Assembly (NCBI GenBank): GCA_964035545.1
Contig: OZ037765.1
Coordinates: forward strand, 12,224,698-12,288,697
Length of the DNA: 64,000 bases
Direction: 5' to 3'
Origin: Bugula neritina
Lineage: Eukaryota; Animalia; Bryozoa
The stretch's first letter is position 1. The number at the start of each line of letters is the position of its first letter. Positions 1-12,882 of this stretch are shown in pieces. The notes under the pieces were generated by a model. That model was not told where the DNA came from. It did not search any database and was given only the letters and a program-made list of their open reading frames with translations. The position numbers and the translations under genes were made by a program.

Positions 1-1685
1 TTTTAAACTAATCTAGGTAGCCCTGTTGAGTTTATGGAAAAAACCAACATACAACGTATTTGCAAAAATACAGTTCCTTAGAAATTAAATGAAAATAGTT
101 TAGTTATTCCCTTGGGTACACCTATAACTTAAATGAAACTGTTAATTCATCTATACCAGAAAGCGCCTGGTAAGACTTCCAATGAAATAACTTAAAATTG
201 ATTTAAGAAATTTCTTTAATGATTTAAATTTTTTTTGTAATTTATTGTTTTATGCCTAGATCACCTTAGGTGGTGGGGGCAATATAATATACAATCTTAT
301 TAATTTGCTGTGGATCATTTAGGATCACTTGAAAGTTTTCAAGCCAATAACTTATTTCTATAAAAAGAGCATAGACTTGAACATTGTAGACAAGTGGCTT
401 AAATTTAGGGAGCCAAAGTTCTTAATATGTAGCCTCCACATGAAAAATGGAGACAATAAACTATGCAAATCTAACTGGCTTTGAGATCAAACTGAGATCA
501 CTACGTGGGAGACTGGAGATATCAGAGATATCAAAGTATTTGAACGAAAATTTGTTCATGATAAATAACTCTCATAAGCAAATAGAGTTTTGCATTTGTG
601 GCATGTAATTATATAAAGGTTAGGAAGCTGAACATGATGTCCATCTTTCCTGTTTCTACTATAATGTAGTAAACTGCAAATTTCACATATTTCAAGTTTC
701 ACATTCTATTACAATTTGAAAATCAAAGTGAAAAAACTTCAATCTTAAATTTAAATCAGTTTTTAACTGAGCCCTTTCGCTGACAACTTATCTGAAATTT
801 ATTAGATTTGAGCTAGGGGTAAACCTAAATTTTAAACCCAAAAATCCTAAAGGCAAACTATAGTTGACCAAGTGACCGTTCACCCAACACTCTTACTGTA
901 TTGGTTTTGGTCCTAAATATTAGCTAGGCCTATTCAGCACTACTGAAAAACAATGCCTGTGAAATTATTAGATTATCTCTTACACTATTATGACTAGTAG
1001 TATAAGTATTACTATAAGTATGTCAATTCGCATTACTAAAACTAGTAGTATTAACATTGATAATTATTTATTAACCAATAACATCATTCATAATTTTACA
1101 TTCATATTAATATAAAATTAATCATTGACTATTTAAATGTGAAAATTAAAACAAGTTTAGCAAATAGCAACTGGGTGTTAATGGCTTTATTGCGAAAGCA
1201 GTAAAGATGTAACATTTCCACTAATTTGTTATTATGTAATCTTATATTATAAATTGTATGTTGCATTACAAGTTGCAAGTCAATAGCAGTCAAACAATTA
1301 GGACTGTGATTATGCAATAATTTTGTTTTATAAATGTTGTCTGTTTTGAGTCAGTGTGTAGTGTTTGGTGAATAAAGTATATTATAAACCTCAAGAGAAC
1401 TATTTCAAGAACAATATCAATATCTATATGAATGTTAACATAATCATAACCACTTCATCAAATAATAACCATTTTTATTAATATATATTCATTGATTTAA
1501 CTTTGTGATCGAACTATTACTTATTAAAATACTTAACTCATCTCGTAAAAAGTAGATGCATATAACGATAATTTAAATTTAGTTTTACAATAACTATTTT
1601 AAGGACTTAAATTACTATAATTTACTACTAGTTTAAAACTATAGGCAAAACTAGAAGCCAGAAACAAAGGTGAAGTAATTGTACA

Positions 1686-2118
1686 CTAAAAGTAAAACTC
1701 AAAAGGTCAAAGACTAAAAGTAAAAGTAAAAATAAGCTGTAAAGCATAGGCCTAGCCCTAACGCTAACACTAACAGTAACTGAAACTCTAACTCTAAGCC
1801 TTAAGGCCTAAGGGCTAAGAGTAACTGTAAGAGCTAACAGTAACAGTAACAGTAACACTAACAGCAACACGAACACTAACAGTAACAGTAACTCTAGTCA
1901 CTAAGTCTAACACTAACAGTAACAGTAAGTGTAACACTGACAGTAACTAAGTGAATAGTTAGTGTAACTCTCATTCTGACTCAACTGTAAGACTAAGAGT
2001 AACTCAGTAACTGTAAGTCTAACTTTAACAGTAACTGAATTTTAAGGACTAACTCTAAGATTAAGAGTAAGAGTAACACCAACTGTAAGACGAAGACTAA
2101 GAGTAAGAGTAAGTCCAA
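1686..2118 (+). repeat. Degenerate hexamer array, consensus TAA[CG][AT][CG]
   Basis: Interspersed TAACAC, TAACAG, TAACTC, TAACTG, TAAGAC, TAAGAG, TAAGTC and TAAGTG units with a 6-bp period. Confidence 0.9.
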
Positions 2119-2250
2119 GGTCGGACTAAAGTTCAAGTAAACGTATCTCTTTACTTTGGCAACATCATGCCTATTTGCTAAAGTTTATAACATATACTAA
2201 TTTAGATCATACACGATAAATAAATTTATTGTAAATGAATAGCTCAATAC

Positions 2251-2580
2251 CTGTAAGTGTCTTACAATTGTAAAAAGATTTTACCAATAACTTAAATTTT
2301 TAATATAGATGAGCTGTCAACCGGAACCTGATATTAACTTACGCATGCCCTCTGAATTTAGAAAACATCCCAGCAAAGTGATAGACCGAGATTTTCAATT
2401 GTCATTTCTTAGTTTTTTTCATTGTTTAGAAGAATAAAATTTAATAAAAAAATGTCAATATTTTTTTCATTATTTTATTTTTTTCTTGTAACTGCTACAG
2501 TCACTTTAAGCTAGAGTCATTCGACAATATGTAAACGGAAGTGAGTTGTTCTCATCCAAAGTTCATCTCAATAAAATGTA
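2251..2580. promoter_or_regulatory. Putative (bidirectional) promoter and non-coding first exon(s) of SAR1 paralog A
   Basis: ETS-like CCGGAA (2321) and CGGAAGTG (2536-43); NRF1-like ACGCATGC (2341). Plus-strand donors are at 2541 (GTGAGT) or 2578 (GTACGT), and a minus-strand donor CAG|GTATTG is at 2250. The first SAR1 coding exon is preceded by an acceptor (TACAG 4791-95), which implies an upstream exon. Confidence 0.5.
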
Positions 2581-2759
2581 CGTTTCTATTTTCTGTTTAC
2601 AAAGTTATTATAAAAGTTTAGTTATTGAAATATTTAGCTAATTTTTGCTGTGCTTTATCAATTAACACTTTTTACATATTTGATTATCATTCTGGGATAT
2701 AATAAAATATATTTAGTATTAGTAATACTAAACTCACAGTCACACTTCACAGAGACTCG

Positions 2760-3480
2760 CCTAAGTTTAACTTTTACTTTAACTTTAAGTTATTTGTTAT
2801 TATAATTCTAATTGTTAAGCTTGGTTAGTAGCAATACTAATACTAATACCAATAGGAAATAATAATTCATTAATTGTAAAAGTGAAAGTTGAACTTGCCA
2901 ACGTCAACGAAAACTGCCTTAGTGTCTATTAATTAGTGTCATACTGATACTCAATATTTACACCTTTACTTAGTCTTATACTCATATTGATATACTTGTA
3001 CTCTTATACTTATAGTTATAGTCTTGTCGACTTGTTGAATTACTAAAATTAAAAGTAAAATTAAAAACACTAAACAGTGGAAATTGCAATCTAACATTAA
3101 AAATAAATTACATTTACTTAGAGTTAGTTGTACACCAAAAGTAAAAGTAGCACAAGCAATATCGGTATGAGTAAGACTAAGTGTAGCTCACTAACAGTAA
3201 CTGTAAGACTAACTTGCAGGTAAACTTTTACGTTTGAACATTAATTTCAAATTAAAATTGTAATTTTAATTTGTAGCTCGTATTACTATGAGTATTACTA
3301 TTTGTATTATTTTTGGCAATACTTGTCAGTTGTCAGGGTTATATAAGTTTAACTTTATGCTTTTGCCTTATGGCTTATAGTTATACAGTTATACTCATAT
3401 TAATATAGTGATAGTAAAACTAAATGTAATGTTATAGTTAATGTTAGCTATGGTCTGTGTATGGCATTGGCTATGACTGC
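2760..3480. repeat. Patchy degenerate TA-phased hexamer tracts in both orientations, in the putative SAR1 intron 1
   Basis: Examples: TACTCTTATACTTATAGTTATAGTC (~2999-3023) and GTAAGACTAAGTG..CTAACAGTAACTGTAAGACTAAC (~3171-3213). Confidence 0.6.
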
Positions 3481-4799
3481 CAAACTCACTAGTTGTATGA
3501 CAAGCCTAATGATAATCATAATTCTGAACACAGCTGTTTGACTAAAATTAAAAGTATGGTTTTAAGCTGATTTTGGGAGTTGTCACGGTTCTGAGGTTGG
3601 ATGTAATTAAACTAAATTTTTGCAACACTTGTTTTTATATATTTTAATTTACTTTATATTTTTAATTAATAATATTATATTTACTTGTAGGTCGATTTCT
3701 TCTATGATTATTCCTACAAATACTAATATAACTATAAGTAGCTGTAGGGAGTTTACATGATGACAACAGTAGAATAGCAATATAATCAAAACACATAGAA
3801 AAATTATTTGAAATTGTGTATTAAATTGCCTGAGTTTTAAATATAAAAAAATTGAATTAAAAAGATTTCAATTTCCAGTGTTCAAACTAACATTAATTTG
3901 TATTCAGCAACTCAGTGTATTAGTGGCAATGTTTTACCAATAATAATGGCTAAGCACAGATATTTATTTTGTAAATATATGAAGGACAACAGTTGCAGTC
4001 CTAAGTTGATTTTTCTTTTCGTAAGATAAAAGTTAACAGAAAGCATCTTTTGTCAAATTGTATAGAAAGTTTTATTTTTATAAATTTGTATGAATTTTTC
4101 TTGAATTCAAAGTGCAAATAATTATAATCGGACAGATTTTCGTCTGTAAAAGTAAAAAACCTAAAGAAATCAAGTTTTTAGCTAATCAGATTTTTGTTAT
4201 GCCTCATCCAAAAAATTATTTTAAATACAGCGAATATGTAGAAGATTTGAGTTACATTTATTTTCATCATTAGCTGATATAATTAGGTTTTTTTAATTTG
4301 CACAAGAAAATGATGTTTATCTGTCGAAAATTATATATAGAAGTGTTTCTACATATTTGTCAACTGCTTTTCTCCAAGGATTTTATGCCAATGATGGAAG
4401 TAGTTTTTGGTATTATATATGTAGCCTTTATCACATTATTATGCATCATCAATTTGTAATAACTATAGTTAGAATGATCATTTAAATTCTACTGTAACTA
4501 ATACTATAATTTCACACTGATGTTTATACTATTAATAGTAATATTGATAACCTTTTACTTTAAATTAACTGCGAATATGATCTATCACTAAGAGTAGGCC
4601 CCTAAGGTTCGTGGTGTGTATCAAAATAAAAAGAGTGCCATCTAGGCAGCTGTTCAGTTAAACACGGCACTTTCTTATGTAGGTTTTTAGTTACAGAATA
4701 TGGTTCATAAATCTGCACTAATTAGTCTCCATAATGTGATTATATTCAAGCACTGTAAATAAGATGGTTTAGATTTGCTGAACTTTCTGTTACAGAACC

Positions 4800-7700
4800 A
4801 TGTCATTCCTGTGGGACTGGCTCTCTGGAATGCTCAACTTCTTAGGTGAGTCAATTACTATCAAACAATAGAAGTAGTGTTGTGTACTAACAAAGGACAA
4901 TGTGTCTTTAATATGTCTATAATGGACAAATTACACTTGTACATTTATTAGAAAAATAATTTTATGGAAAGTGTATTGAGGTGCTCCAAAAACATGGCCC
5001 GTAATTTGATTGTACTGGGACTTAGGATACACTTGCACTTTTTTGTTATTGTAATCCCTACCTCTTGTTTCAGCTCCTTAGTAAAAGGTTCAAATGACAA
5101 ATAACTTAAACTATGACCTTAGATTAGCTAATACCACCATATTTTTATGCTGGCTGAGCATTCTTTTTTTAGTTGAAACCTATCTGCAAGTGGGTGGTAA
5201 TGCCATTATCTATAGTTACACCTACTATATATCACTGCTTAAGATCTAACTCTACTTCCATAATAGGCAGTTCATTTTGAGCATTGTATAAACATGAGCT
5301 TTGTCTTTAGTGTTTGGTTTTCTATTTTTCTTTTGCATTTTTATTCACACTTTCACAAGACAAGCACATTTACTTTTCACATAAAGTCTTAACAGGTATA
5401 GGCAAATCCTAAGCATTAATTATAGTGTGTTTAGCTCCATCATAGTATGAAGTTCAGTCACCTGCAACTGCTGTTCAAGCAGCTAAACAGGTAACTGTTG
5501 TATTGTGATTTGTGAATTCACTTGCAATTTATTTCAGGTTTATATAAGAAATCAGGAAAGTTGTTATTCTTGGGTTTAGACAATGCAGGCAAAACAACCC
5601 TTCTTCACATGTTGAAAGATGAAAGAATGCAGCAGCACATGCCCACTCTGCATGGAAGTATGTATTTCTTTACCAGTGCTGCTTGCTTTGTTTTGTTTTG
5701 TTTTCTTTATTTCCATCAAAAAAAAACAAAAGGACAAAAAAATACAAATATACAACAGTAACACAAAAAGAGCTAAATTCAATTTATATATAATATCAAT
5801 CGAAGTCAAGATGGGGGCCCATGTGCTCAGTAGCATAGCTATTCAAGGAGCGGGGCCCAAGTGGCAGTTGAAAAAATAGTGGGAACTATTTATTCAGATT
5901 AAGTTAAAGATTTTAGTAGGTGCTTTTTCAACAATATTTTAAATGTGGCAAAGCTTTGATGATGTCTTAAAGTCAGAGGTAGCTTATTCCAATTGCTAGA
6001 CATCTGGTAGGACACTTATTCCATTTTCAGGATTCTTTTTAAATACTGTTATTTGAAAAATGAACCGCAAAATTGTAAACCGTAATCGCTCTGTCTCTTT
6101 ACTAGATAGCGTATCGATAACCAGGGTGTTTCTGTGTTGTAGCATCTGAAGAATTAACTATGGGAGGTATGAGGTTCACAACTTTTGATTTAGGAGGACA
6201 CAAACAAGGTTTGTATTGGTCATAATTCATAGCCACTAGTGAGTGATGAAATGAATCAGCTGCTGTTGTAATAGCACCATACGCTTTAAAATCCTAATAA
6301 TTTTATTATTGGATCTTAAAAATTTCCAGATTTTAAGGTCTACTTAGATTTCCTATTTCAATAGTGCATTACAACTTTACATAGTGCATTGTTGTTTGGA
6401 TAGTAATTAATGCGACTCATTATTTATATATATGCCACTTTTGCTCTTTGCAACTGTAATGGTGAGTGGAAGTTTTTGTTAGCAATGCACAGTTTCAGTT
6501 GGTTATTCCTTTGAATGGCATGATACTGTGAACTCTGTAATTGTTTGTATCAAGTTAGTATAAAGTCTTTCTGTGCCAAGAATTGTATCTTGTGTTGATA
6601 TATTTACTGGTAGCACGTAGAGTTTGGAAGAATTACTTTCCAGCAGTAGATGGTATCGTATTTATTATTGACACAGCTGATCGAGATAGAATACCGGAGT
6701 CCATCAGTGAATTACATGTAAGTCTCTGTTAGACAGTTTATGTCAAGTTATTTAGCCTTGCTGCTCTATGATATTGAATATATGACTGCAAATTGGTAGA
6801 AGATTCTGAATACTCTCTTGAAAAGTTTTTGCTAAGTCATACTATCATCTTATAATACTTTGATAATTTTATTTGTGTTGGTTCACATCAAATTTGTTAC
6901 ATCACATAATTAAACTTTTTTAAATTTCACTACTTATGATGTAATTCTACCTCCATCATGGCAGTCAGTTTTGAGCATTGAACTAGTCCTATTGAACTTG
7001 TGTGATAGTTTCTTTGCACTATTCAACAAAGCAACATGCAACATTTATATTTTAGAGTCTTGTGAAAACTTTGTATATATATAACATTATTTTTGTTTTG
7101 GGTAATTTTTATAGTTCATTGTCTATAATATATATGAAACTGTTAACTTCAAATCTGGCTATTATTTAATTATGTAGCAACACTGATGTTGTGTTTGATC
7201 CAATTATTGCAACTTTAATTGTGGGGGGAGTATTGTAGCTGATTGAGATGTCCCCCATGAAATATATTTCATGTTGTCGAATGCGGTTTTAATAATTTGA
7301 TCTTTAATAGACTTTATTAGGCTATTAGCAGGAAATATATACCATGTAGATAATATAAACAATAGTATAAACGTGTAGAGTTGATTGTACACTTTCTAGC
7401 AGATTTTCTTGCTGTAAATGATTCAATTCCGTTTTGTATTGAAATTTGTTAGTAAAGAAAAGAGTAATGTTTTATAGTAACAATTTTGATAAAATAGTTT
7501 GTTTAAAAACTATTAGAGCTATGTTGTATAAGCAAGGTGTGTTGTTTCCTCTGTTAGCAGACAATTAATTATGCGTGCTTTACGTTGGTCATTGCTAAAG
7601 TGTTAGTACTGTTGTAGAGCCTCATGGCTGATGAACAGATAGGCGAATGCCCAATCATGATACTTGGAAACAAAATTGACAAGCAAGGTGCTGCCAGTGA

Positions 7701-8076
7701 AGAAGAAATTAGACACTACTTCGGACTTCATGGGAGAACTACAGGCAAAGTATGCAACTAGTTACATGCTATGTCATCAAAGTGCTTTTTTATTTTGACT
7801 TGAGTGATGTTTCGAGTGGTGTTGTAATATTTTTAATTTCATGTTTATAAGCGTAGGCCTCCTAACCTAAATCTTGATGGTCAACATTTGAACTTGGAGT
7901 GTGTTTCTGTGCAAATTCTGTGCTTCAGTATATTCATGCTTAGACATCCCCTTATTTTGCAGGGAAATATCCCAAAATCAGAGCTGACGTCGCGCCCTAT
8001 TGAACTGTTTATGTGTAGTATTCTGAAACGGCAGGGCTATGGCGAAGGGTTCCGCTGGTTAGCTCAGTATCTTTAA
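4800..8076 (+). CDS. SAR1: SAR1 small GTPase (COPII), canonical-like paralog A; 6 coding exons, 193 aa
   Basis: GT-AG exons 4800-4845, 5538-5657, 6143-6208, 6614-6717, 7618-7749 and 7963-8076 join in frame (582 nt). Protein: [36 protein letters not shown]...DLGGH...GNKID...[13 protein letters not shown]. It has the N-terminal amphipathic helix, G1/G3/G4 motifs and the Sar1-specific DLGGH. Confidence 0.97.
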
Positions 8077-9109
8077 ACATCAAACTTAATCCTCCTTCAC
8101 TTTAATATTACTTTGGACTAGTATATTTAAAACCCCTAATGTCATCATACAAGAAACCCACAGGTGCAACAAACAGATCTTGGATAGGATGGGCCATCAC
8201 CAAAGCACTAGGACACTGTGACCCATCTCATCTGCTTATCTACACCAACGTACTAGTCTCTAGAAATACCAGCTTCTAGTTTCACATCACCTCGATATTA
8301 TTGAAGCAAATTTTGGCATAGTAAAAATTAAATGTGATACCAGTGTCCACTCAAGAAACAACAAATATAATTTTTAACTTATTATTTATGTTTACCATCT
8401 TGGGTTTGTTACACTGTTTCATGTATGCAATATTGTTATTAAAATTTGTTATATTTCACTACCTACTATTTTAAAGCCAGTAATGCTCTGGTAACCGGTC
8501 TGCAACATAATATTTCGAATGTCTTGTTATATCATTGTTGCAATCAAATATTATGTTCATAAATTTCGAATAATGCAGGTTAATGAACTGTTTCACATCA
8601 TCAAACAGTGGTAATACTAATAAATCATTCAACTAAATTGCTATTTATTACTTGATTAATGTATACTATGAAATTTATTGAAACATTACTTACCTTAGTG
8701 TAATATTTGTAGGTTCTTTTGTAGTCCTTGTAATAATATATGCTTGCTGTGGAAATTATAATGAATATTTTGCTAGTTACAACTGGTATATATTATGCTG
8801 CATTATGCACTTTATGCTTGCTGTGTGTGTATATAAATGTAACATGCTTCTTCACAGTGGAAGAGCACCAGTATTGACTAAAAAAATTATTAAATGCGAT
8901 TGGTTTATTATGACGCAATTGTTGAAAAGGAATATGAACACGTGGAGGCATTTCAGTTGGTCCTAAGTGACGCATGCACAGTTGAGTTGTTGATGAACAT
9001 GTCGCTATTTAGCTAATACATTACGCAATAGCAGTGCGCCAATACAAATGAAAGCTAAACAGCTATGGTCAACTAAACCCACTGAGAATTTAGCAGTGAT
9101 TGTATCAAC

Positions 9110-11906
9110 ATGTCTTTCTTGTGGAATTGGATATCAAATTTATTACAATATCTAGGTGAGGACTAAGTTTATTACTTTCATAATTACATTTTGTGCTTTC
9201 AGCTATAACTTTTACTTCATTTATTCCTCTGTTAAAAATTTATACAAATTTGCTAGACTTAGTTGGCACAAAAGTCATCTCGTGTATAAAACAAGCATTA
9301 CAAATGGCTGAAGTATAAGATGATGCTGCTGCAAGCATTCAGTAATTAAACTTGAAAATCTGCATGGCAAGTTTTTAAGAAAAAAACTGCTATAACAAAG
9401 GCAATTAATGCTAATTCCTTGTACACATTTGTAAAGATAAGCTTTATTTATTGTACAGGGCTTGAAAATAGAGCTGCCAAGGTCCTCTTCCTTGGTTTAG
9501 AAAATGCAGGTAAAACGTCTTTATTGGGTATGTTGAAAGATGGGAAAATCCAAACGCATTCTCCTACTTGGCATGCCCGTAAGTTAGCATCCAATGTTAT
9601 GTTATTAAGTTGCTATAGAGACATAGGCTGTCCGAGTATAAATTTGAAAAAATTAGTTATTCTAAAATGTTAAATTAAACACCATTTGTCCTAAATGCAA
9701 CTACTTGCTGCTTTTTTTCTGGAATATAAATATATTTATAGGCTAATGCACATTTCCAATTCAACTAAAAATGCTTATAGCTACTAACAGTTATTGCAAT
9801 ACACAGAATCCATGGTATTTAGAATACTGTAATTGTGTCATCTGGTGACATTATTCAATTATATATTTTTTATTCTCTCTTCCTACAGTTTCAAATTTTC
9901 AATCTCGATCAATAATATTTTATTAATGGTGATAATAATCATTTTATAATTATGCTGTATAGATTTTGAAGAATTGAGAATGGGAAAACTAACTTTCACA
10001 GCATTTGACATTGGCGGTCATGATCAAGGTAACAAAACTTTCTAATAAAGATGTAATGTTGGCTACGCCTGTTATTTTCTAACTTTTCTAATTTCTAAAT
10101 ATGTGTTTGTATTTCTGTGTGAGGAATGAAAAACTAGGCTCAAGTGGAGATTGTAAATTTTTGATTTATTTTTGATGGCAATAATAGTATGTATGTTAGA
10201 GATCAAGCTTCTAACTAGTAGTTGATTTTAATAGGCTCAGTAACTCTAAATTGGAATACATCCATATTCCATTTCAGTGTTTAGTAACATATGACAGACA
10301 TATGCTGTATGCATGAGACTTGGTAGCCTTGGTATAAACATAGTGCACTGTCACATTATAAAACACAGTTTTCTAATTATTAAGTAGAACATCGAGTAAG
10401 GTAGTAAAAACTGAGACATAAAATTATAACCTACTTGAGATGGACAGTAGTTATATACCAGGGACTGTTTAAAATTTTTACAGCCAGAAGAGTGTGGAAT
10501 CAATATTTCCCAGCTGTTGATTCTGTGGTGTTTGTTGTGGATGCAGCAGACAGGAAAGTGATGAGTAAAGTTGTATATGAACTCGATGTAAGTACCATAA
10601 TTATACTGCATGTATGTTTACTAATATAGATATGTACTGATATATGTACTTGTATATATAGACTATAATGTGCATCATGCATAAAGTTATTCTACAGGCT
10701 GCATGTATAGCATTTGCAATACATCTAGTATGCCCTGGAAAGATTTCAAAATATTTGCTGCTCTCCTTTTGTTGCAAAAATTAAAAATAAATATTATATG
10801 TTGTCCTCTCTGTATAATTTTTATTTTTATGTCTGAAGCCAATTGCACAACTTTTAAATAGCTCAATAGTTTCTTAATTACCTCTGTTTGTAGGTGTTTA
10901 TGTAGTTGGATAATAATTTGAAATTGCAACTGCTTGCAGAAAAACTGAAATCAATAATATTATATTAAAGACATTTACATCATTTACATTCAGCTACAAG
11001 CATCCTTTTGCAATTGGTGTAATTGCTAAAAATTTATATGTATTATTAATATAATTTATGTTATAGCTAGACTAGTAAATAAATGTTACACTTTTTGCAG
11101 AGATTATTAAATGATGAACAAATATCTCATTGCCCTATACTGGTTCTGGGTAACAAGAAAGACAGACTAGATGCGATGGGGGAAGATGAATTGAGATACT
11201 CACTAGGTCTGCATGGTAGAACCACCGGAAAGGTAGTTTGTTTAATAATATTACTTTACAGTATTTGAAAAAGAAAAAACGTTTTTTATTTAAAACATTA
11301 CAATTTCACAAAATATGTCTGCCAGACTTTTTATAGTATATTGACTAATTAAAAATATAATAATAGTATAGTGCTGCCATCATTTACCTTATGCTATAAG
11401 ATATTTTCTAGCAAGTAAAGATTTTTTCAGTATTTTGAGCTACAAGAATGAAAGAATAAAATTATGGTGCTAGGTTGCAATTAGTTTCAGATCAATAGTT
11501 ATCTGTATCCACTTCAGAGAGAGAGATAAATAAATTATATATATAGTTTTGTATGTTACGGCAAAGCATTCTGTTTGACACATATTGTATGCATTAAAAG
11601 TAACTTGAGCATCAAAGTGTAAAAGATGAAATTAGTTGTTGGTTTAACTAAGCAAGACAGTTCTTGAGGTTCCAAAACTATGTATTTGGATTTGCCTACA
11701 ATCAAATTTTATAGCTACATGTTGATTTTGATCAACTACGTAGTATGTATACATCATTTTGCATATATACATGTATTTAAAAATATTTGCAGGGCAAAGT
11801 TCCACGAGAAGCCCTTATGACGAGACCGATAGAATTATTTATGACTAGCGTGGTTAGAGGGGAAGGTTATGGTGAAGGTTTTCGTTGGTTGGCACAATAC
11901 CTTTGA
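9110..11906 (+). CDS. SAR1: SAR1-like small GTPase, divergent tandem paralog B; 6 coding exons, 193 aa
   Basis: Exons 9110-9155, 9459-9578, 9963-10028, 10484-10587, 11101-11232 and 11793-11906 have the same lengths (46/120/66/104/132/114) and phases as paralog A, with an open frame. Protein: [36 protein letters not shown]...DIGGH...GNKKD...[13 protein letters not shown]. Confidence 0.95.
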
Positions 11907-12882
11907 TATTTATTAGGAGTTATTCCCTCTCTAAAAGTGTTGTGCTCAATCTGATAACTATTTTTATGTATTATTATGCTGCTACAATTTTCATAAAGCC
12001 TAGCCAAACTGCATCAAGTTTATTATACTACTCCTTGCTTTCTTGAACATTTTTTTTATTTTCTAATTTTGATGTAGAATGTTCAAACATAGTTAAATAT
12101 TTAAATTATTCATAACAGAAATAGGTATATTCCAATTAGTAAACAAAATCAATATATTCCACAAGAGTTGTCTAACAAGTATTTATTTCTTTGCACTAAT
12201 AAGCTTAGCTCATAGTTGATATTTAGTACTGTAGCATTTCAATTTACATTTTTTTATTTTATAAAAATGCTATTGTGTTTTGGGAATTGTTTGATTATTC
12301 AATGATTAATTTTGGTATCGAGTTTATAGTAAAGTGAAGAAATATTGCCTAATGTTTGAACACAGTTTTGGAATTGTTGCTATTTTTTCATCAACAAAGA
12401 AATTATGTTATACTGTGCAATAACTTTTTATTTCCGATATAATAACTCATTTAAAATATAATTTATTAGGTTAGAATTGCTATTTCATTCATCTCAAATA
12501 AAATAAAAAAATAAAGAATTTGTATGTAACAGATCTAATGAATGCTGAATTCTAACCATTTAGCTATGGGGGGGGGATTTAATTTATCTACACATAGTTA
12601 AAAAACTGATTTCCAGTCCCCTAGACTGCCTTACAGTCCCTTAGACTGACATTAGATTTTAACAATTTACAAAATACAGTACTTTAAATTAATAATGTGG
12701 ATCTCAAATGACCGACTATAAATGAAAACACTACTTAGACCAAGCATTGAAGTAACACTAGTGAGTTAACACCAAGATTAAACTTCTATTGGATAGTGTT
12801 GATGAATATCCACATTTGTTATTGATGAGTGATCAGATAGGGGGCGATCATTGAGATGCAAGTGATGTCCCCGTTGAGCATT

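Noticed and set aside
8941-8961. ER-stress element (CCAAT-N9-CCACG) upstream of SAR1-B
   Set aside because: The spacing and CCAAT half do not match exactly (CGTGG-N10-GTTGG).
9110-11906. SAR1-B as a pseudogene or haplotype/assembly duplicate
   Set aside because: All splice sites and the frame are intact. About 40% protein divergence and unrelated introns exclude an allelic duplicate.
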